NCBI GenBank assembly: GCA_963706595.1
Contig: OY970166.1
Span: forward strand, 3,840,001 to 3,904,000
Direction: 5' to 3'
Source of the DNA: an uncultured cyanobacterium
GTDB taxonomy: Bacteria > Cyanobacteriota > Cyanobacteriia > Cyanobacteriales > Nostocaceae
DNA length: 64,000 bases
Shown piece after piece: positions 47,906 through 58,590 of the stretch (the first letter of the stretch is position 1; every line of letters starts with the position of its first letter). Under the pieces are notes generated by a model. It saw only the letters and a program-made list of their open reading frames with translations. It did no database searches and was not told where the DNA came from. Position numbers and translations under genes: made by a program.

Positions 47906-48463
47906 TTATAAATGCCGAATAATTTGGCAGGGGTTGCCAGCAGCAACAACATTTGCCGGGACATCTTTGACAACTACACTACCAGCACCAATAGTCGTAT
48001 TGTCGCCAATTGTCACGCCTGGACAAATAATTGCACTCCCACCAATCCAAACATTATTGCCAATTTTCACTGGAGCAGCAAGTTCTCTACCAGAAAGACG
48101 TATTTCTGGCTCTGTGGGATGATATGCCGTATAAATTTGCACATAAGGAGCGCACAAGACATTTTCACCAATTGTGACTAAATTACAGTCTAAAATTACA
48201 CAACCATAGTTCATATATAATCCATCGCCAGCATCAATATTGTTGCCATAGTCACAATGAAAGGGCGGCACAATGGTGACTTTCTTTCCTAATTGACCAA
48301 ATAATTCTTGCAAAATTTGTTTCCTTTGTGCCTCCTGTACTTCTGTTGTGGTGTTGTACATTCGTAAGAGACGACTGGCTCGCTTTTGTGCTGATACTAA
48401 TTCCGCATCTTCTGCCAGATATAACTCACCGGATAACATTTTTTGTTTTTCTGTTTTTTCCAT
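47906..48463 (-). CDS. Sugar O-acetyltransferase (maltose O-acetyltransferase family)
   Basis: EKQKMLSGELY, CDYGNNI, hexapeptide repeats and AAGNPC. Confidence 0.92.
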   Translation of the reverse strand: MEKTEKQKMLSGELYLAEDAELVSAQKRASRLLRMYNTTTEVQEAQRKQILQELFGQLGKKVTIVPPFHCDYGNNIDAGDGLYMNYGCVILDCNLVTIGENVLCAPYVQIYTAYHPTEPEIRLSGRELAAPVKIGNNVWIGGSAIICPGVTIGDNTTIGAGSVVVKDVPANVVAAGNPCQIIRHL

Positions 48464-48737
48464 ATAATTAATCTTCAAACAATACTTAGTATCAATTCAA
48501 CCTCATACACCACAATCACCAGAGTAAAAAAAATATTACCTGTTGTAGAGTCTTTTTAGGAGCAATTTCTGAATTATCTCGACATAAATCCCTCAGCAGG
48601 CGAGAAAATGGTATATATTTAAATTTGTATTCTCAAAAATGATTAGTAGTAAATCTACTGATATCTGTTTCTGCTTGACAATGCTAATTATTGCAAGTTA
48701 TTACTGAAAATAAGATAACAAAGGAGTTGAGTTAAAT

Positions 48738-49931
48738 ATGCCCTTTCGGATTTTAAGTTTAGACGGTGGGGGTATTCGCGGAGTAATTGCCGCAACGATG
48801 CTGGCTGCAATTGAGAAAGAAATTGGTCAACCCTTGAATCAGTACTTTGACTTAATTGCCGGAACTTCCACAGGGTCAATTTTAGCAGCTGGGGTTGCCG
48901 CAGGAATCAGTAGCAAAGAAATTGTTGAAATATATAAAGAAAAAGGCTCCATTATCTTTCCCTATAGAAGTCTTTTTTCATGGAAGCGAATTCCTTTACT
49001 ACTGAAGTACGGTTTATCTGCTCCTAAGTTTTCAGATGAGGGTTTGGCTCAAGTCCTCACCCAGACTCTGGGAAACACAAAACTATTAGATATTAAAGAT
49101 CCGTTACTATTAATTGTTGCTTACGATACCATTACCAGAGAGCCAATAGTCTTTAAAAGCTGGCGTGAAGAGGCTTGTTATGGCAATGTGCCTTTATGGG
49201 AAGCCTGTCTTTGTTCTTCTTCTGCTCCTACTTTTTTTCCAGCACATAAACTAGACAAACGAATCAATGGCATAGTGCAGTGTGCAGATGAGGATACTAT
49301 CACATTATGTGATCAGGTATCTGCAAGCAATAATATATATAATAATACGCACATTAGAATAACTAGTGGTACAGGAAAAGGTCAAACTCGGACTATCCAA
49401 AAGTATGAAGGTACAAAAAAAAGAGCTTTCATCGATTCACCTTGGGAAAATATTCCCGATCATACCTCTAGCTACTCTATCAAAACTATCTACTCGGCAA
49501 TTGATGGCGGCATTGCTGCGAATAATCCCTCTAGCTGTGCAGTTGCTGAAGCCTTAAAATTAGGACATAAAGTTGAAGACGTTAGCGTACTTTCTATAGG
49601 TACTGGTGATTTGACGCGAATCATCCCATTTGAAAAAGCCCAAGGCTGGGGTACTATACAATGGGTGCAGCCGCTAATTAGTATGTTGCTGGATGCTTCT
49701 TCAATTGTTCATGAGTATATCACTAATCAAATCATTGATGATCGGATTTTACGGTTGCAATTCAGGCTTGATGGAGAGTTAACAGGTAAACGTTTAAGTG
49801 ATGATATTGATGATGCGAGTCAAGGGAATATATGTAATTTAATTGAGGCGGCAGAAGTTTATATTCAACAACCAAAAGTGCAAGAAGCTTTGCAGCAATT
49901 TTTAGGATCTAAGAAACAGATAATTAAGTGA
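48738..49931 (+). CDS. Patatin-like phospholipase with an internal insertion domain
   Basis: LSLDGGGIRG, GTSTG, SAPTFFP and DGG motifs. Confidence 0.92.
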   Translation: MPFRILSLDGGGIRGVIAATMLAAIEKEIGQPLNQYFDLIAGTSTGSILAAGVAAGISSKEIVEIYKEKGSIIFPYRSLFSWKRIPLLLKYGLSAPKFSDEGLAQVLTQTLGNTKLLDIKDPLLLIVAYDTITREPIVFKSWREEACYGNVPLWEACLCSSSAPTFFPAHKLDKRINGIVQCADEDTITLCDQVSASNNIYNNTHIRITSGTGKGQTRTIQKYEGTKKRAFIDSPWENIPDHTSSYSIKTIYSAIDGGIAANNPSSCAVAEALKLGHKVEDVSVLSIGTGDLTRIIPFEKAQGWGTIQWVQPLISMLLDASSIVHEYITNQIIDDRILRLQFRLDGELTGKRLSDDIDDASQGNICNLIEAAEVYIQQPKVQEALQQFLGSKKQIIK

Positions 49932-50142
49932 TAACTGTTGGAAATAATTTCGGAGAGATATAAAACTAGTTGAAATAAAATATCAGGGGAGATATAATTT
50001 TATTCTTGATAGGTTGAGAAAAATTCAAGAAGTACCCAAGCTGTTTGAGAAAGTAAAAATCATCAACAGCTTGGTATAATATACTTATAAATTTATCTCT
50101 TGATTGAGAGAATTTTTAAGTGGAGCAAAACCCAGCAGAATT

Positions 50143-50511
50143 TCAGGAGTTAGACTTAGTTTTGGTGAGTTCAATACTAATTCTGCCGCCAAAATCTGGA
50201 ATAGGTGCGGCGGGTTTACTGACAATGACTTGGACTTGGGTGACGCGATCGCACTGTTGCAGGATAGAATCAGCGATCGCACCCGCTAACCGCTCAATCA
50301 AAGAAAACTTAGCTGTTTTTACCAGATGTTGAATCGAGCTAATAACGCTGCGATAATCTAGAGTATCTTCAATTGCGTCAGTCTTGGCAGCTGTGGAGAT
50401 ATCTAACCATAACTTCACATCCACCTCAAACCATTGCCCTAATACCTGTTCTTCTGGTAGATACCCAGTGTAGCCATAGCAGCGAATATTGGTTAAATGA
50501 ATGCAATCCAT
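50143..50511 (-). CDS. folB: Dihydroneopterin aldolase
   Basis: YGYTGYLPEEQVLGQWF, DTLDY, LIERLA and KPAAP motifs. Confidence 0.93.
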   Translation of the reverse strand: MDCIHLTNIRCYGYTGYLPEEQVLGQWFEVDVKLWLDISTAAKTDAIEDTLDYRSVISSIQHLVKTAKFSLIERLAGAIADSILQQCDRVTQVQVIVSKPAAPIPDFGGRISIELTKTKSNS

Positions 50512-50585
50512 AAGACTTTGAGAGTGAATTTGACATTTGGCAATGGAAAAACACAACTTTCCCAGAGGTAGTTCATAATTATCTG

Positions 50586-52346
50586 ATGGCTATGCTTGAT
50601 TTAATACCATTTGCCTATAAGAATGTTAATCAACTTTGGGCTTATATCTTGACGGAGACACTAAAACGCCTGGGATTGAATTGTGTCGTCATTTGTCCTG
50701 GTTCACGTTCTACACCTTTAGTAGTCGCCTTTGCCCAGCAACAACCTGAGATCGAAGCCATTTCCATTCTCGATGAGCGTTCAGCCGCCTTTTTTGCCTT
50801 GGGAAGAGCCAAAGCCACCGGGCTTCCTGTGGCGCTGGTTTGCACCTCTGGAACAGCCGGAGCGAATTTTTACCCAGCAATCATTGAAGCCAAGGAAAGT
50901 CGCGTACCTTTGTTAGTCTTAACCAGCGATAGACCACAAGAATTGAGAAATTGTCATTCCGGGCAAACCATCGACCAAGTGAAATTATATGGTAGTTACC
51001 CAAACTGGCAAGGAGAGTTAGCTATACCCTCCCCAGACATGAGAATGTTAGGTTATCTACGGCAAACGATCATTCATGCTTGGGAACGCTGTCAAATCCC
51101 TACACAGGGCGCAGTACATTTAAATATTCCCTTTGCTGACCCCCTTGCACCTATTCCCAATGAAATTGACTTAAGCGATTTACAGTCACAGTTCCACCCA
51201 GAAGATTTTTTTGCAGGTATAGCACCTATTCACCCTATCCCTTATTCGCCATTTCCTATTCCCCAAAAGTGGTTAAAATCTGAGCGCGGAATCATTATTG
51301 CCGGTGTAGCCCAACCCCAACAACCAGAGAAATATTGTCAAGCGATCGCGCGTCTTTCCCAAACACTCAACTGGCCTGTTTTAGCTGAAGGACTTTCTCC
51401 AGTTAGAAATTATGCTGACCTCAACCCCTATTTAATTTCCACCTACGACATCATTTTACGTAATCAGCAACTTGCTCAAGAACTAACACCAGAAATAGTA
51501 ATTCAGGTAGGGGAAATGCCTACCAGTAAACAACTACGTAACTGGCTATCTACTACACAACCCCAAATCTGGATACTGGATAAAAGCCATGAAAATCTCG
51601 ACCCTTTGCATGGAAAAGCCACACATTTAAGGGTATCTGTAGAAGAGATAGAAAACTGGGGAATGGGGAATGGTGAACGGGGGCTTTATTTACAAAAATG
51701 GTGTAGCTTTGAAGCCAAAGCCAGAAAAAATATTGATGAAACTTGGGAAAACATAGACGAATTAATTGAAAGTAAAGCCGCTTGGTTAATTTCGCAAACG
51801 CTCCCACCCAGAACACCATTATTTATTTCTAATAGTATGCCAGTGCGGGATGTAGAATTTTTCTGGAAACCGAATAATTTAGCAATAAAACCTTATTTTA
51901 ACCGAGGTGCAAATGGTATTGATGGTACACTTTCCAGCGCTTTAGGCATAGCACACCATCACCAAAGTAGTGTGATGTTAACGGGAGATTTAGCACTTTT
52001 ACATGATACCAACGGATTTTTAATCAGAAATAAGTTTATTGGACATTTAACAATTGTTTTAATTAATAACAATGGTGGGGGAATTTTTGAAATGTTACCC
52101 ATCTCAAAATTCGATCCACCTTTTGAAGAGTTTTTTGCAACTCCCCAGGATATTGATTTTGCTCAGTTATGTGCCACATACAATGTGCAGCATGAGTTAA
52201 TTAGTTCTTGGTTAGAGTTAAAACAAAAGTTGAAGTTGTTACCAAAGCAGGGAATTAGGGTATTAGAAGTCAGGACAAATAGGAAATTAGATGCTAAGTG
52301 GAGGCAAGAGAATTTAGATAAATTTGGGGCGGATATTGCAATTTAA
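50586..52346 (+). CDS. menD: SEPHCHC synthase MenD
   Basis: PGSRSTPL, DERSAAF, TSGTA, NRGANGIDG and GD...NNNGGGIF motifs. Confidence 0.96.
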   Translation: MAMLDLIPFAYKNVNQLWAYILTETLKRLGLNCVVICPGSRSTPLVVAFAQQQPEIEAISILDERSAAFFALGRAKATGLPVALVCTSGTAGANFYPAIIEAKESRVPLLVLTSDRPQELRNCHSGQTIDQVKLYGSYPNWQGELAIPSPDMRMLGYLRQTIIHAWERCQIPTQGAVHLNIPFADPLAPIPNEIDLSDLQSQFHPEDFFAGIAPIHPIPYSPFPIPQKWLKSERGIIIAGVAQPQQPEKYCQAIARLSQTLNWPVLAEGLSPVRNYADLNPYLISTYDIILRNQQLAQELTPEIVIQVGEMPTSKQLRNWLSTTQPQIWILDKSHENLDPLHGKATHLRVSVEEIENWGMGNGERGLYLQKWCSFEAKARKNIDETWENIDELIESKAAWLISQTLPPRTPLFISNSMPVRDVEFFWKPNNLAIKPYFNRGANGIDGTLSSALGIAHHHQSSVMLTGDLALLHDTNGFLIRNKFIGHLTIVLINNNGGGIFEMLPISKFDPPFEEFFATPQDIDFAQLCATYNVQHELISSWLELKQKLKLLPKQGIRVLEVRTNRKLDAKWRQENLDKFGADIAI

Positions 52347-52885
52347 CTATTTATGTCCTATCGAAAAATCTGACTCATATTTTCATTGATTAGGTAAGAT
52401 TATTTACTAACTCAATACTGAGAATAACTCACCATCAATAGCAATCTTTTTGTCACTGTACTTCACAAAAACATACCCCCCAGTAATGGCATTTTGGGGT
52501 AATGCCTTCTCAAAGATGCTGTTAGCTGTTATCCCCGGCTTCACGTAAGAAAATCACAACTGCTGGCTATTTATCCGGTATTTTTCGCATTTTTATGTTA
52601 GAAGTAACAAATCCGGTATTTATCTTTGTTGACCAGTTGGCAAAAGATTTTTGAGGGCTTGATCTCAATCACAATCGGCATCATTTAGCAGCTACTGTAT
52701 TATGAAAAAGACAAAGCTGTTACTATAAGCGGGAGGTTTTCCAGTTCGAGAGTTCAACAGATAAAATATCCCTGTATAAAAAATCTTTGTATGAAAATAT
52801 GGGACAAATGGGTGATTTGGAATTGCCTCAACACTCAAAAATTAGTAACATTTGCTTACCCAGCACTCAGCATTCAATACTTCCT

Positions 52886-54448
52886 ATGTTAGCAGGCACA
52901 ACTTTGCAAGGTGGCAAATACACCCTGATTCAGGAAATAGGGCGCGGTGGCTTTGGCATTACCTTTAAGGCTACTCATAATTACTTAGATCAAGAAGTAG
53001 TTATGAAAACTATTAATGAAAAACTGCGCCAACATCATGATTTTGCCAAATTCGAGCGCCAATTCCAAGATGAAGCCAGAAGATTAGCTACTTGTGTTCA
53101 TCCTCATATTGTCAGGGTCAGTGACTTTTTTATAGAGGATGCACTGCCTTACATGGTGATGGAATACATTCGTGGCGATACTCTGGGCGACGCATTTGTA
53201 TTGCCGGCGATTCCTTTAGCAGAAACAACTGCAATTCATTATATTCGTCAAATTGGCGCAGCATTACAGGTAGTACATAACAATGGTTTGCTGCACCGGG
53301 ATATTAAGCCAGATAATATTATCCTGCGTCAAGGAACTCAGGAAGTAGTCCTGATTGATTTTGGCATTGCCCGCGAATTTAATAATGGTGTGAGACAAAC
53401 TCACACTGGTATGGTTTCTGAGGGCTATTCTCCCCTGGAACAGTATTTGACTCAAGCACCGCGCACGCCCGCTACAGATGTTTATGGTTTGGCGGCAACT
53501 TTGTATGCTTTGTTGACAGCACAAGTTCCCTTACCAGTATTATTGCGCGATCGCGAAAAAATGCCTTCTCCTCGCGAACTGCAACCCCACCTGAGTGCAG
53601 CAGTTAATCAAGCGGTAATGCGTGGTATGGCTGTAGAATCTCAATTTCGTCCCGCAACAGTCGCAGAATGGTTACAATTATTACCTGGAAATAAAATTAA
53701 TCCGCCTCCCCCACCTCTAACTCAGGCAGTGCCAACTATAGTTTTACCTGTGCAGCCGCAGGGAAAAAAAATTCTGCAAAAAACTCGGCTCAGTCAGCCT
53801 AAAAAGCCATCCATGCCTCAGAAGCTGGGGAACTCTAAAATATTCATAGGTTTAAGTGTCGCCGTTGTTGCTGGCACAGCAGGTTTTGGCATCACTACCC
53901 TATTTTCTACTCCGCCACAGACATCTTCACCACCTCTGTTTGAACAGCGCACAATGGAGCCGGAAAAACCATTGACTGATTCACCATCTTCATCTGAGGA
54001 AGAAGAGAATAACAATAGACAAAATCCTCGCGATTCTTTACCAAGTAATTCTACGCCCGTCACAACTCCCAGACAACGCCGGCGTAATATTCCTGTTGCT
54101 CAAGATCAAACTCCAAATAGCAGTAGCCGCAGTTCGAGGGAAAGTCAACCACAATCTAGTTCAACCGAGCCGTCAGTTACTCCTAGTGTTGCTCCCACAC
54201 CGTCATTATTAGAGACGCTGCGAGAAGTTCGTTCAACTCGTGAGGCTTCACCGCCGCCGCGATCGCTAGAAAATAGTTTACCCACTACTAGCCAAGATTC
54301 CACCTCACCCCCACCTGTGAGACCATCAAATTCTCCGAATATACCGACAGTGCTACCACCGACGGAAGCAAAACGCTCAGATCCTCCGGCTGTGGTAGTC
54401 CCAACTGTGGAGAACAAGCCAAGTTCAATAGTACTGCCTAATGACTAG
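52886..54448 (+). CDS. Membrane Ser/Thr protein kinase with Pro/Ser-rich tail
   Basis: GRGGFG, HRDIKP and DFGIA motifs, one TM helix, low-complexity C-terminus. Confidence 0.92.
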   Translation: MLAGTTLQGGKYTLIQEIGRGGFGITFKATHNYLDQEVVMKTINEKLRQHHDFAKFERQFQDEARRLATCVHPHIVRVSDFFIEDALPYMVMEYIRGDTLGDAFVLPAIPLAETTAIHYIRQIGAALQVVHNNGLLHRDIKPDNIILRQGTQEVVLIDFGIAREFNNGVRQTHTGMVSEGYSPLEQYLTQAPRTPATDVYGLAATLYALLTAQVPLPVLLRDREKMPSPRELQPHLSAAVNQAVMRGMAVESQFRPATVAEWLQLLPGNKINPPPPPLTQAVPTIVLPVQPQGKKILQKTRLSQPKKPSMPQKLGNSKIFIGLSVAVVAGTAGFGITTLFSTPPQTSSPPLFEQRTMEPEKPLTDSPSSSEEEENNNRQNPRDSLPSNSTPVTTPRQRRRNIPVAQDQTPNSSSRSSRESQPQSSSTEPSVTPSVAPTPSLLETLREVRSTREASPPPRSLENSLPTTSQDSTSPPPVRPSNSPNIPTVLPPTEAKRSDPPAVVVPTVENKPSSIVLPND

Positions 54449-54580
54449 TACAACACGGCGTTCGTGGGGAGGGGTATATTGCAATACGCCCTTACAGTCA
54501 AAAAGCTGAATAAACAGGCTGTTGAACGATTTAAAATCGTTGGTTTATGGACGCGGTGCGGGAAAATTTTACCGAAAGGC

Positions 54581-54659
54581 GAGAGGAAAGCCCCCCACTT
54601 CAGGCGCGGGGATGAACTCGGTTGCGGCTTCAGTCGCAACCGAGACAATACTCTTCTCT
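54581..54659. mobile_element. IS200/IS605-end-like palindromic remnant
   Basis: aagccccccacttcaggcgcggggatgaa followed by the hairpin ctcggttgcggc-ttca-gtcgcaaccgag. Confidence 0.45.
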
Positions 54660-54840
54660 AATCGAGAATATTGAATGGGAAATATACTTTTTGGCTGACG
54701 ATCTAGTGCGGATTGATTGGCAATCTGGACTGCTGCCGATTCCCTCTGCGATCGCTCGACAAGATTCGCCAGAGATAGCGGGAAAATTTCCCGAACGCGG
54801 CGATCGCTTCAGCATATTTACGGATATTGATGTGAGATAA
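54660..54840 (+). pseudogene. Possible glycoside hydrolase family 31 N-terminal fragment
   Basis: EIYFLADDLVRIDWQSGLLPIPSAIAR resembles the N-terminal region of cyanobacterial GH31 alpha-glucosidases; no proper start and an early stop. Confidence 0.4.
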
Positions 54841-55266
54841 AAGTTGCGTGCTTATGCAATGGGACAGACAACAGCTTCTCCGGGTGCTGATTATGTGGGT
54901 ATAATACCAGCTAATATTAAATTTTATAGCAAAAAAACCTTTAGAGGACGGCTCCTATCTATCTTGGATTTATCCTGCAAAAAAAATGTAAGAAAAAAGT
55001 TGTTAACCAGGGAATATCATCAACCTTGAGTTGATACAAAAATACTATTGATTGATTTTCAATTCATCTTTTCGGACTAAAAACCCATATTCATTCCCAA
55101 AAACCAGGAGAACTTGTACAGAACGTTTTCAAGCGCCAGATGTGATCCTCTGACGATGGGATAGAAAATATTCGTAATAGGTTTGTGACATGAATTCAAG
55201 TTGCATCTGTTTTGTGTGATTTTCAAGTTTTAAGTAGGTAAACTTAACTGAGAATAGGAGATAAAA

Positions 55267-56433
55267 ATGCTAAAGGTTGTTGTTGGTCATAGCGAAGATC
55301 CAGAATCTCAAGATGCAATACTAGAAGTTTTAGAACAATGTTCTCAAGATTTAGCAGGTGTCATACCCCAGGCGGGTATTTTATTTGCAGCCATCGATTT
55401 TGACCATCCTCTTATCCTTAAAGAAATTAACCAAGTATTTCCTAAAATGGATTTAATTGGTTGCACTACAGATGGTGAAATATCTTCAAGATTAGGGTTT
55501 CAGCAAGATTCTTTGACGCTGATGCTCTTTTGTTCTGACAGTGTAGAAATTCGTGCTGGTGTGGGGTATGGGACAAAGGATAATCCTTTGGCCTCGGCTG
55601 ACCAAGCAGTGCAACAAGCAACTGAGAAAAGCACTCATGCTCCAAAACTATGTATCACCATACCTGCTAGCTACATAGAAGATGCCTCAACCACTGATGG
55701 AGAGCTAATTCTTCAGGGTCTTAAGCTAGCTTTGGGTTCGCAAATTCCTATTTTAGGTGGGACGGCTGGAGATCAGTTTAGATTTAAAACAACTTACCAA
55801 TTTTTTGGCAAAGAAGTTCTCACAGACTCCTTACCAGTTCTGATCTTTTCGGGAGATATTCAATTTTCTTATGGAATTAGCTGTGGTTGGCAACCAATTG
55901 GTCAGAAAAGCATTGTCACCAAGGCTGAGGGGACCGTCCTTTACGAGGTTGATGGTAAATCAGCATTGGAATTTTATGCTCGCTATTTGGGCGATCGCAC
56001 ACCGACTGCGGAAAATCCATTAGCAGTCTATAAAGAAGATAGCGATCTCTACTATATGCGAGTGCCTAACACTTATAATATTGACAATGGAAGCATCAAT
56101 TTTTTAGGAAATATTCCAGAACAAGCAACAGTGCAAATTACAGATATCAGTCGGGACGAAGTTATTATAGCTGCTGAAGTTTCATTAAAAAATGCCTTAG
56201 AAAATTATCCGGGAACAGAACCAGAAGCCGTTTTATTATTTTCTTGTTGCTGTCGCCGTTGGGTTTTAGGTACAAGAGCAAAGGAAGAATATCAACTCGT
56301 CAAAAAGTTACTCTCTCAAGAAGTACCTGTTTGTGGATTCTATACCTATGGGGAATTTGCTCCATTAGAGCATCAAGGTTCGACTTACTATCACCAAGAA
56401 ACTTTTGTTACTCTACTTTTGGGAACAAAGTAG
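55267..56433 (+). CDS. FIST N/FIST C signal-transduction protein
   Basis: GCTTDGEI, GGTAGD, GWQPIG, SCCCRR and GFYTYGE motifs. Confidence 0.9.
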   Translation: MLKVVVGHSEDPESQDAILEVLEQCSQDLAGVIPQAGILFAAIDFDHPLILKEINQVFPKMDLIGCTTDGEISSRLGFQQDSLTLMLFCSDSVEIRAGVGYGTKDNPLASADQAVQQATEKSTHAPKLCITIPASYIEDASTTDGELILQGLKLALGSQIPILGGTAGDQFRFKTTYQFFGKEVLTDSLPVLIFSGDIQFSYGISCGWQPIGQKSIVTKAEGTVLYEVDGKSALEFYARYLGDRTPTAENPLAVYKEDSDLYYMRVPNTYNIDNGSINFLGNIPEQATVQITDISRDEVIIAAEVSLKNALENYPGTEPEAVLLFSCCCRRWVLGTRAKEEYQLVKKLLSQEVPVCGFYTYGEFAPLEHQGSTYYHQETFVTLLLGTK

Positions 56434-56439
56434 AAAATT

Positions 56440-57573
56440 ATGGAGCATAATGACTACAGTTCCAGAATAAAACTTTTAGAGAAAAATATTCGGATTCTCC
56501 AGAAAAAACTTGACCGTTCAGAAGCAGATCGAAAACAACTTGAGAATGCTAGTGACCTCAGAGAATCTATTTTTAAAAGTGTAATTAGAGAATTAGAAGA
56601 GTCGCAGATCGCTTTAAAAAAAAGAGGTAATGAACTAGAAACTGCATTAGCCAATCTCCAAAATTTGCAGATTAAACTGGTAGAATCTGAAAAAATGTCT
56701 GCTCTCGGAGTTCTGATAGCTGGAATTGCTCATGAAATTAACAATCCAGTTAGCTTTATCTACGGTAACTTAACTTATGCTAACAACTATTTTCAAGATT
56801 TAATAAGATTAGTAGAACTTTATCAACACTATTACCCTGAACCAGTAGACGCAATTAAAAAAGAAATTGAAGTCATGGAGCTGGAATTTATCAAGCAAGA
56901 TTCTGTAAAACTCCTTCAGTCTATGAATATAGGAGCAGAGAGAATTATAGAAATTGTTAAATCCCTCCGCACCTTCTCTCACTTAGATGAGGCGGAGTTT
57001 AAAGCAATAAATCTTCATGAAGGCATTGATAGTACATTAATCATTTTAAATCAACGTATCAAACCATCTATAACTAATAAAAAAGGCATTGAAATAATTA
57101 AAAACTATAGTAAATTGCCATTAATAGAATGTTGTCCTGGACAAATGAATCAGGTATTTATGAATATTTTAGTCAATGCTATAGATGCTTTAGAAGAGTC
57201 ATTACTCAATAATGATATGTCAATTGTCCGTCAACAAACTAATGATAATCAACCACTGAAAAATAAAAATCCACAAATTCGTATTTGTACAGATATCATT
57301 AATAATGAATGGGTAGAAATTCGGTTTATTGATAATGCTTTGGGAATGAATGAAGAAGTTAAAGGAAAATTATTTGATCCATTTTTTACAACCAAAGATG
57401 TTGGCAAAGGAACAGGCTTAGGTTTATCAATTAGTTACCGAATTATCACAGAACTCCATCATGGCAAATTCAATTGTTATTCAGCACCTGGGTGTGGATC
57501 TGAATTTGTGATTAAGATTCCCCTTCGACAGAAACCCGACACTTTCAAACCAGATGCAATCCTCACTTCGTGA
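56440..57573 (+). CDS. Cytoplasmic sensor histidine kinase (coiled coil, HisKA, HATPase)
   Basis: AGIAHEINNP, NILVNAID and FDPFFTTK..GKGTGLGL motifs. Confidence 0.93.
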   Translation: MEHNDYSSRIKLLEKNIRILQKKLDRSEADRKQLENASDLRESIFKSVIRELEESQIALKKRGNELETALANLQNLQIKLVESEKMSALGVLIAGIAHEINNPVSFIYGNLTYANNYFQDLIRLVELYQHYYPEPVDAIKKEIEVMELEFIKQDSVKLLQSMNIGAERIIEIVKSLRTFSHLDEAEFKAINLHEGIDSTLIILNQRIKPSITNKKGIEIIKNYSKLPLIECCPGQMNQVFMNILVNAIDALEESLLNNDMSIVRQQTNDNQPLKNKNPQIRICTDIINNEWVEIRFIDNALGMNEEVKGKLFDPFFTTKDVGKGTGLGLSISYRIITELHHGKFNCYSAPGCGSEFVIKIPLRQKPDTFKPDAILTS

Positions 57574-57630
57574 CAAAGAATGTCGAGACTTTACATAGAA
57601 AGTTTTAATATCTTAATTTTTCCGCACCAC

Positions 57631-57677
57631 AAAACAAAATCCACCTCAACTTTTGACTGTTTGGTGGACTTGTTTTT
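57631..57677. terminator. Bidirectional terminator-like hairpin between the kinase and ssrA
   Basis: aaaacaaaatccacc...ggtggacttgttttt. Confidence 0.55.
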
Positions 57678-57686
57678 AGTTTTTAG

Positions 57687-58077
57687 TGGATCCGAGCAGA
57701 GTCGAACTGCTGTCCAGACTGGGTATTTACCCCCCGCTCATTCACAGGTTTAGCCTTTCTAATCCTCAAGGCGGGAATCGTTCATTATCCCGAACGTAGG
57801 ATGCTCTGATTAAGTCTTAGCTAACAAGCCAACCAGAGAACACTTGTTAGAGCGTCCGTTGGGGGTTGGTCTCTAGTCCTTAACGGAGTCAAACCAGAGA
57901 CGCTCGAACCTGTAAGAGGTTTTTAGGCAGCTGCTACTAGAGCAGGCTTACGAGCAAAGCTAACGATGTTATTCGCATTTACTTTTTGTTTTGAGCCTTT
58001 GATTTGCGAGAGGAGACTCACTCTCGACCTGAATCACAGAGTAGCGTTCGCCAACCTGTCGAAACCGTGACGGACCC
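57687..58077 (-). ncRNA. ssrA: tmRNA
   Basis: 5' GGGTCCGTCACGGTTTCGACAGG and 3' GTTCGACTCTGCTCGGATCCA form an acceptor stem with G3-U. Tag ORF 57976-57923 reads ANNIVSFARKPALVAAA*. Confidence 0.95.
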
Positions 58078-58239
58078 ATGAGGTTGATATATCCATTGTA
58101 ATACGCCGTTTGGGAAATGTGTTGAGATCCCCAAAATTTGATCGAGAAAATTTGATATTTTTGCATTAAGCAAATTAATTATCGGGGCGTGGCGATACCA
58201 TGCCCCAGGGAATTATCAGTTAAAAATCTCTAGTGATTT

Positions 58240-58590
58240 TCATCCTTCGACAACTTGGGGGAGTCCCATGCTGTAGTTAGTGACACGAGCTGAGAGATTG
58301 TAACTGATTTCACCTTTTTGCAAGAGCGATCGCAGATAATGCTCCAAGTCTGATCCAATGCGGCGTAAGTTATAATCGGTTAAATCAACGCCACTAGATG
58401 CTTCTACTAATTCATCAAATTGGCGATAAACCTTTTGTAGCGCATCCTCATTCCAATTGAATTCGTTGTCTGGGTCAATATCCAAGGTTAATACCTGATT
58501 GCTTGGAACCAGTTCGCCATCCCGGTCAATTTCTGCCGCGAAAATTCGGATATGCCGGGTTGTGGACTTGAGCAGCATCGGGTTGTCCAT
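58240..58590 (-). CDS. ndhM: NAD(P)H-quinone oxidoreductase subunit M
   Basis: [20 protein letters not shown] and NYSMGLP motifs. Confidence 0.95.
   Translation of the reverse strand: MDNPMLLKSTTRHIRIFAAEIDRDGELVPSNQVLTLDIDPDNEFNWNEDALQKVYRQFDELVEASSGVDLTDYNLRRIGSDLEHYLRSLLQKGEISYNLSARVTNYSMGLPQVVEG

Noticed and set aside
48738..49931. Complete CBASS system
   Set aside because: No CD-NTase or cap genes nearby; only a stand-alone patatin.
54450..57687. Defined prophage or integrative element at ssrA
   Set aside because: No integrase and no duplicated tmRNA 3' end (att site) found by eye.
57969..58166. 65-aa ORF overlapping ssrA
   Set aside because: Runs through the tmRNA 5' structure; the real coding part is the tag peptide.
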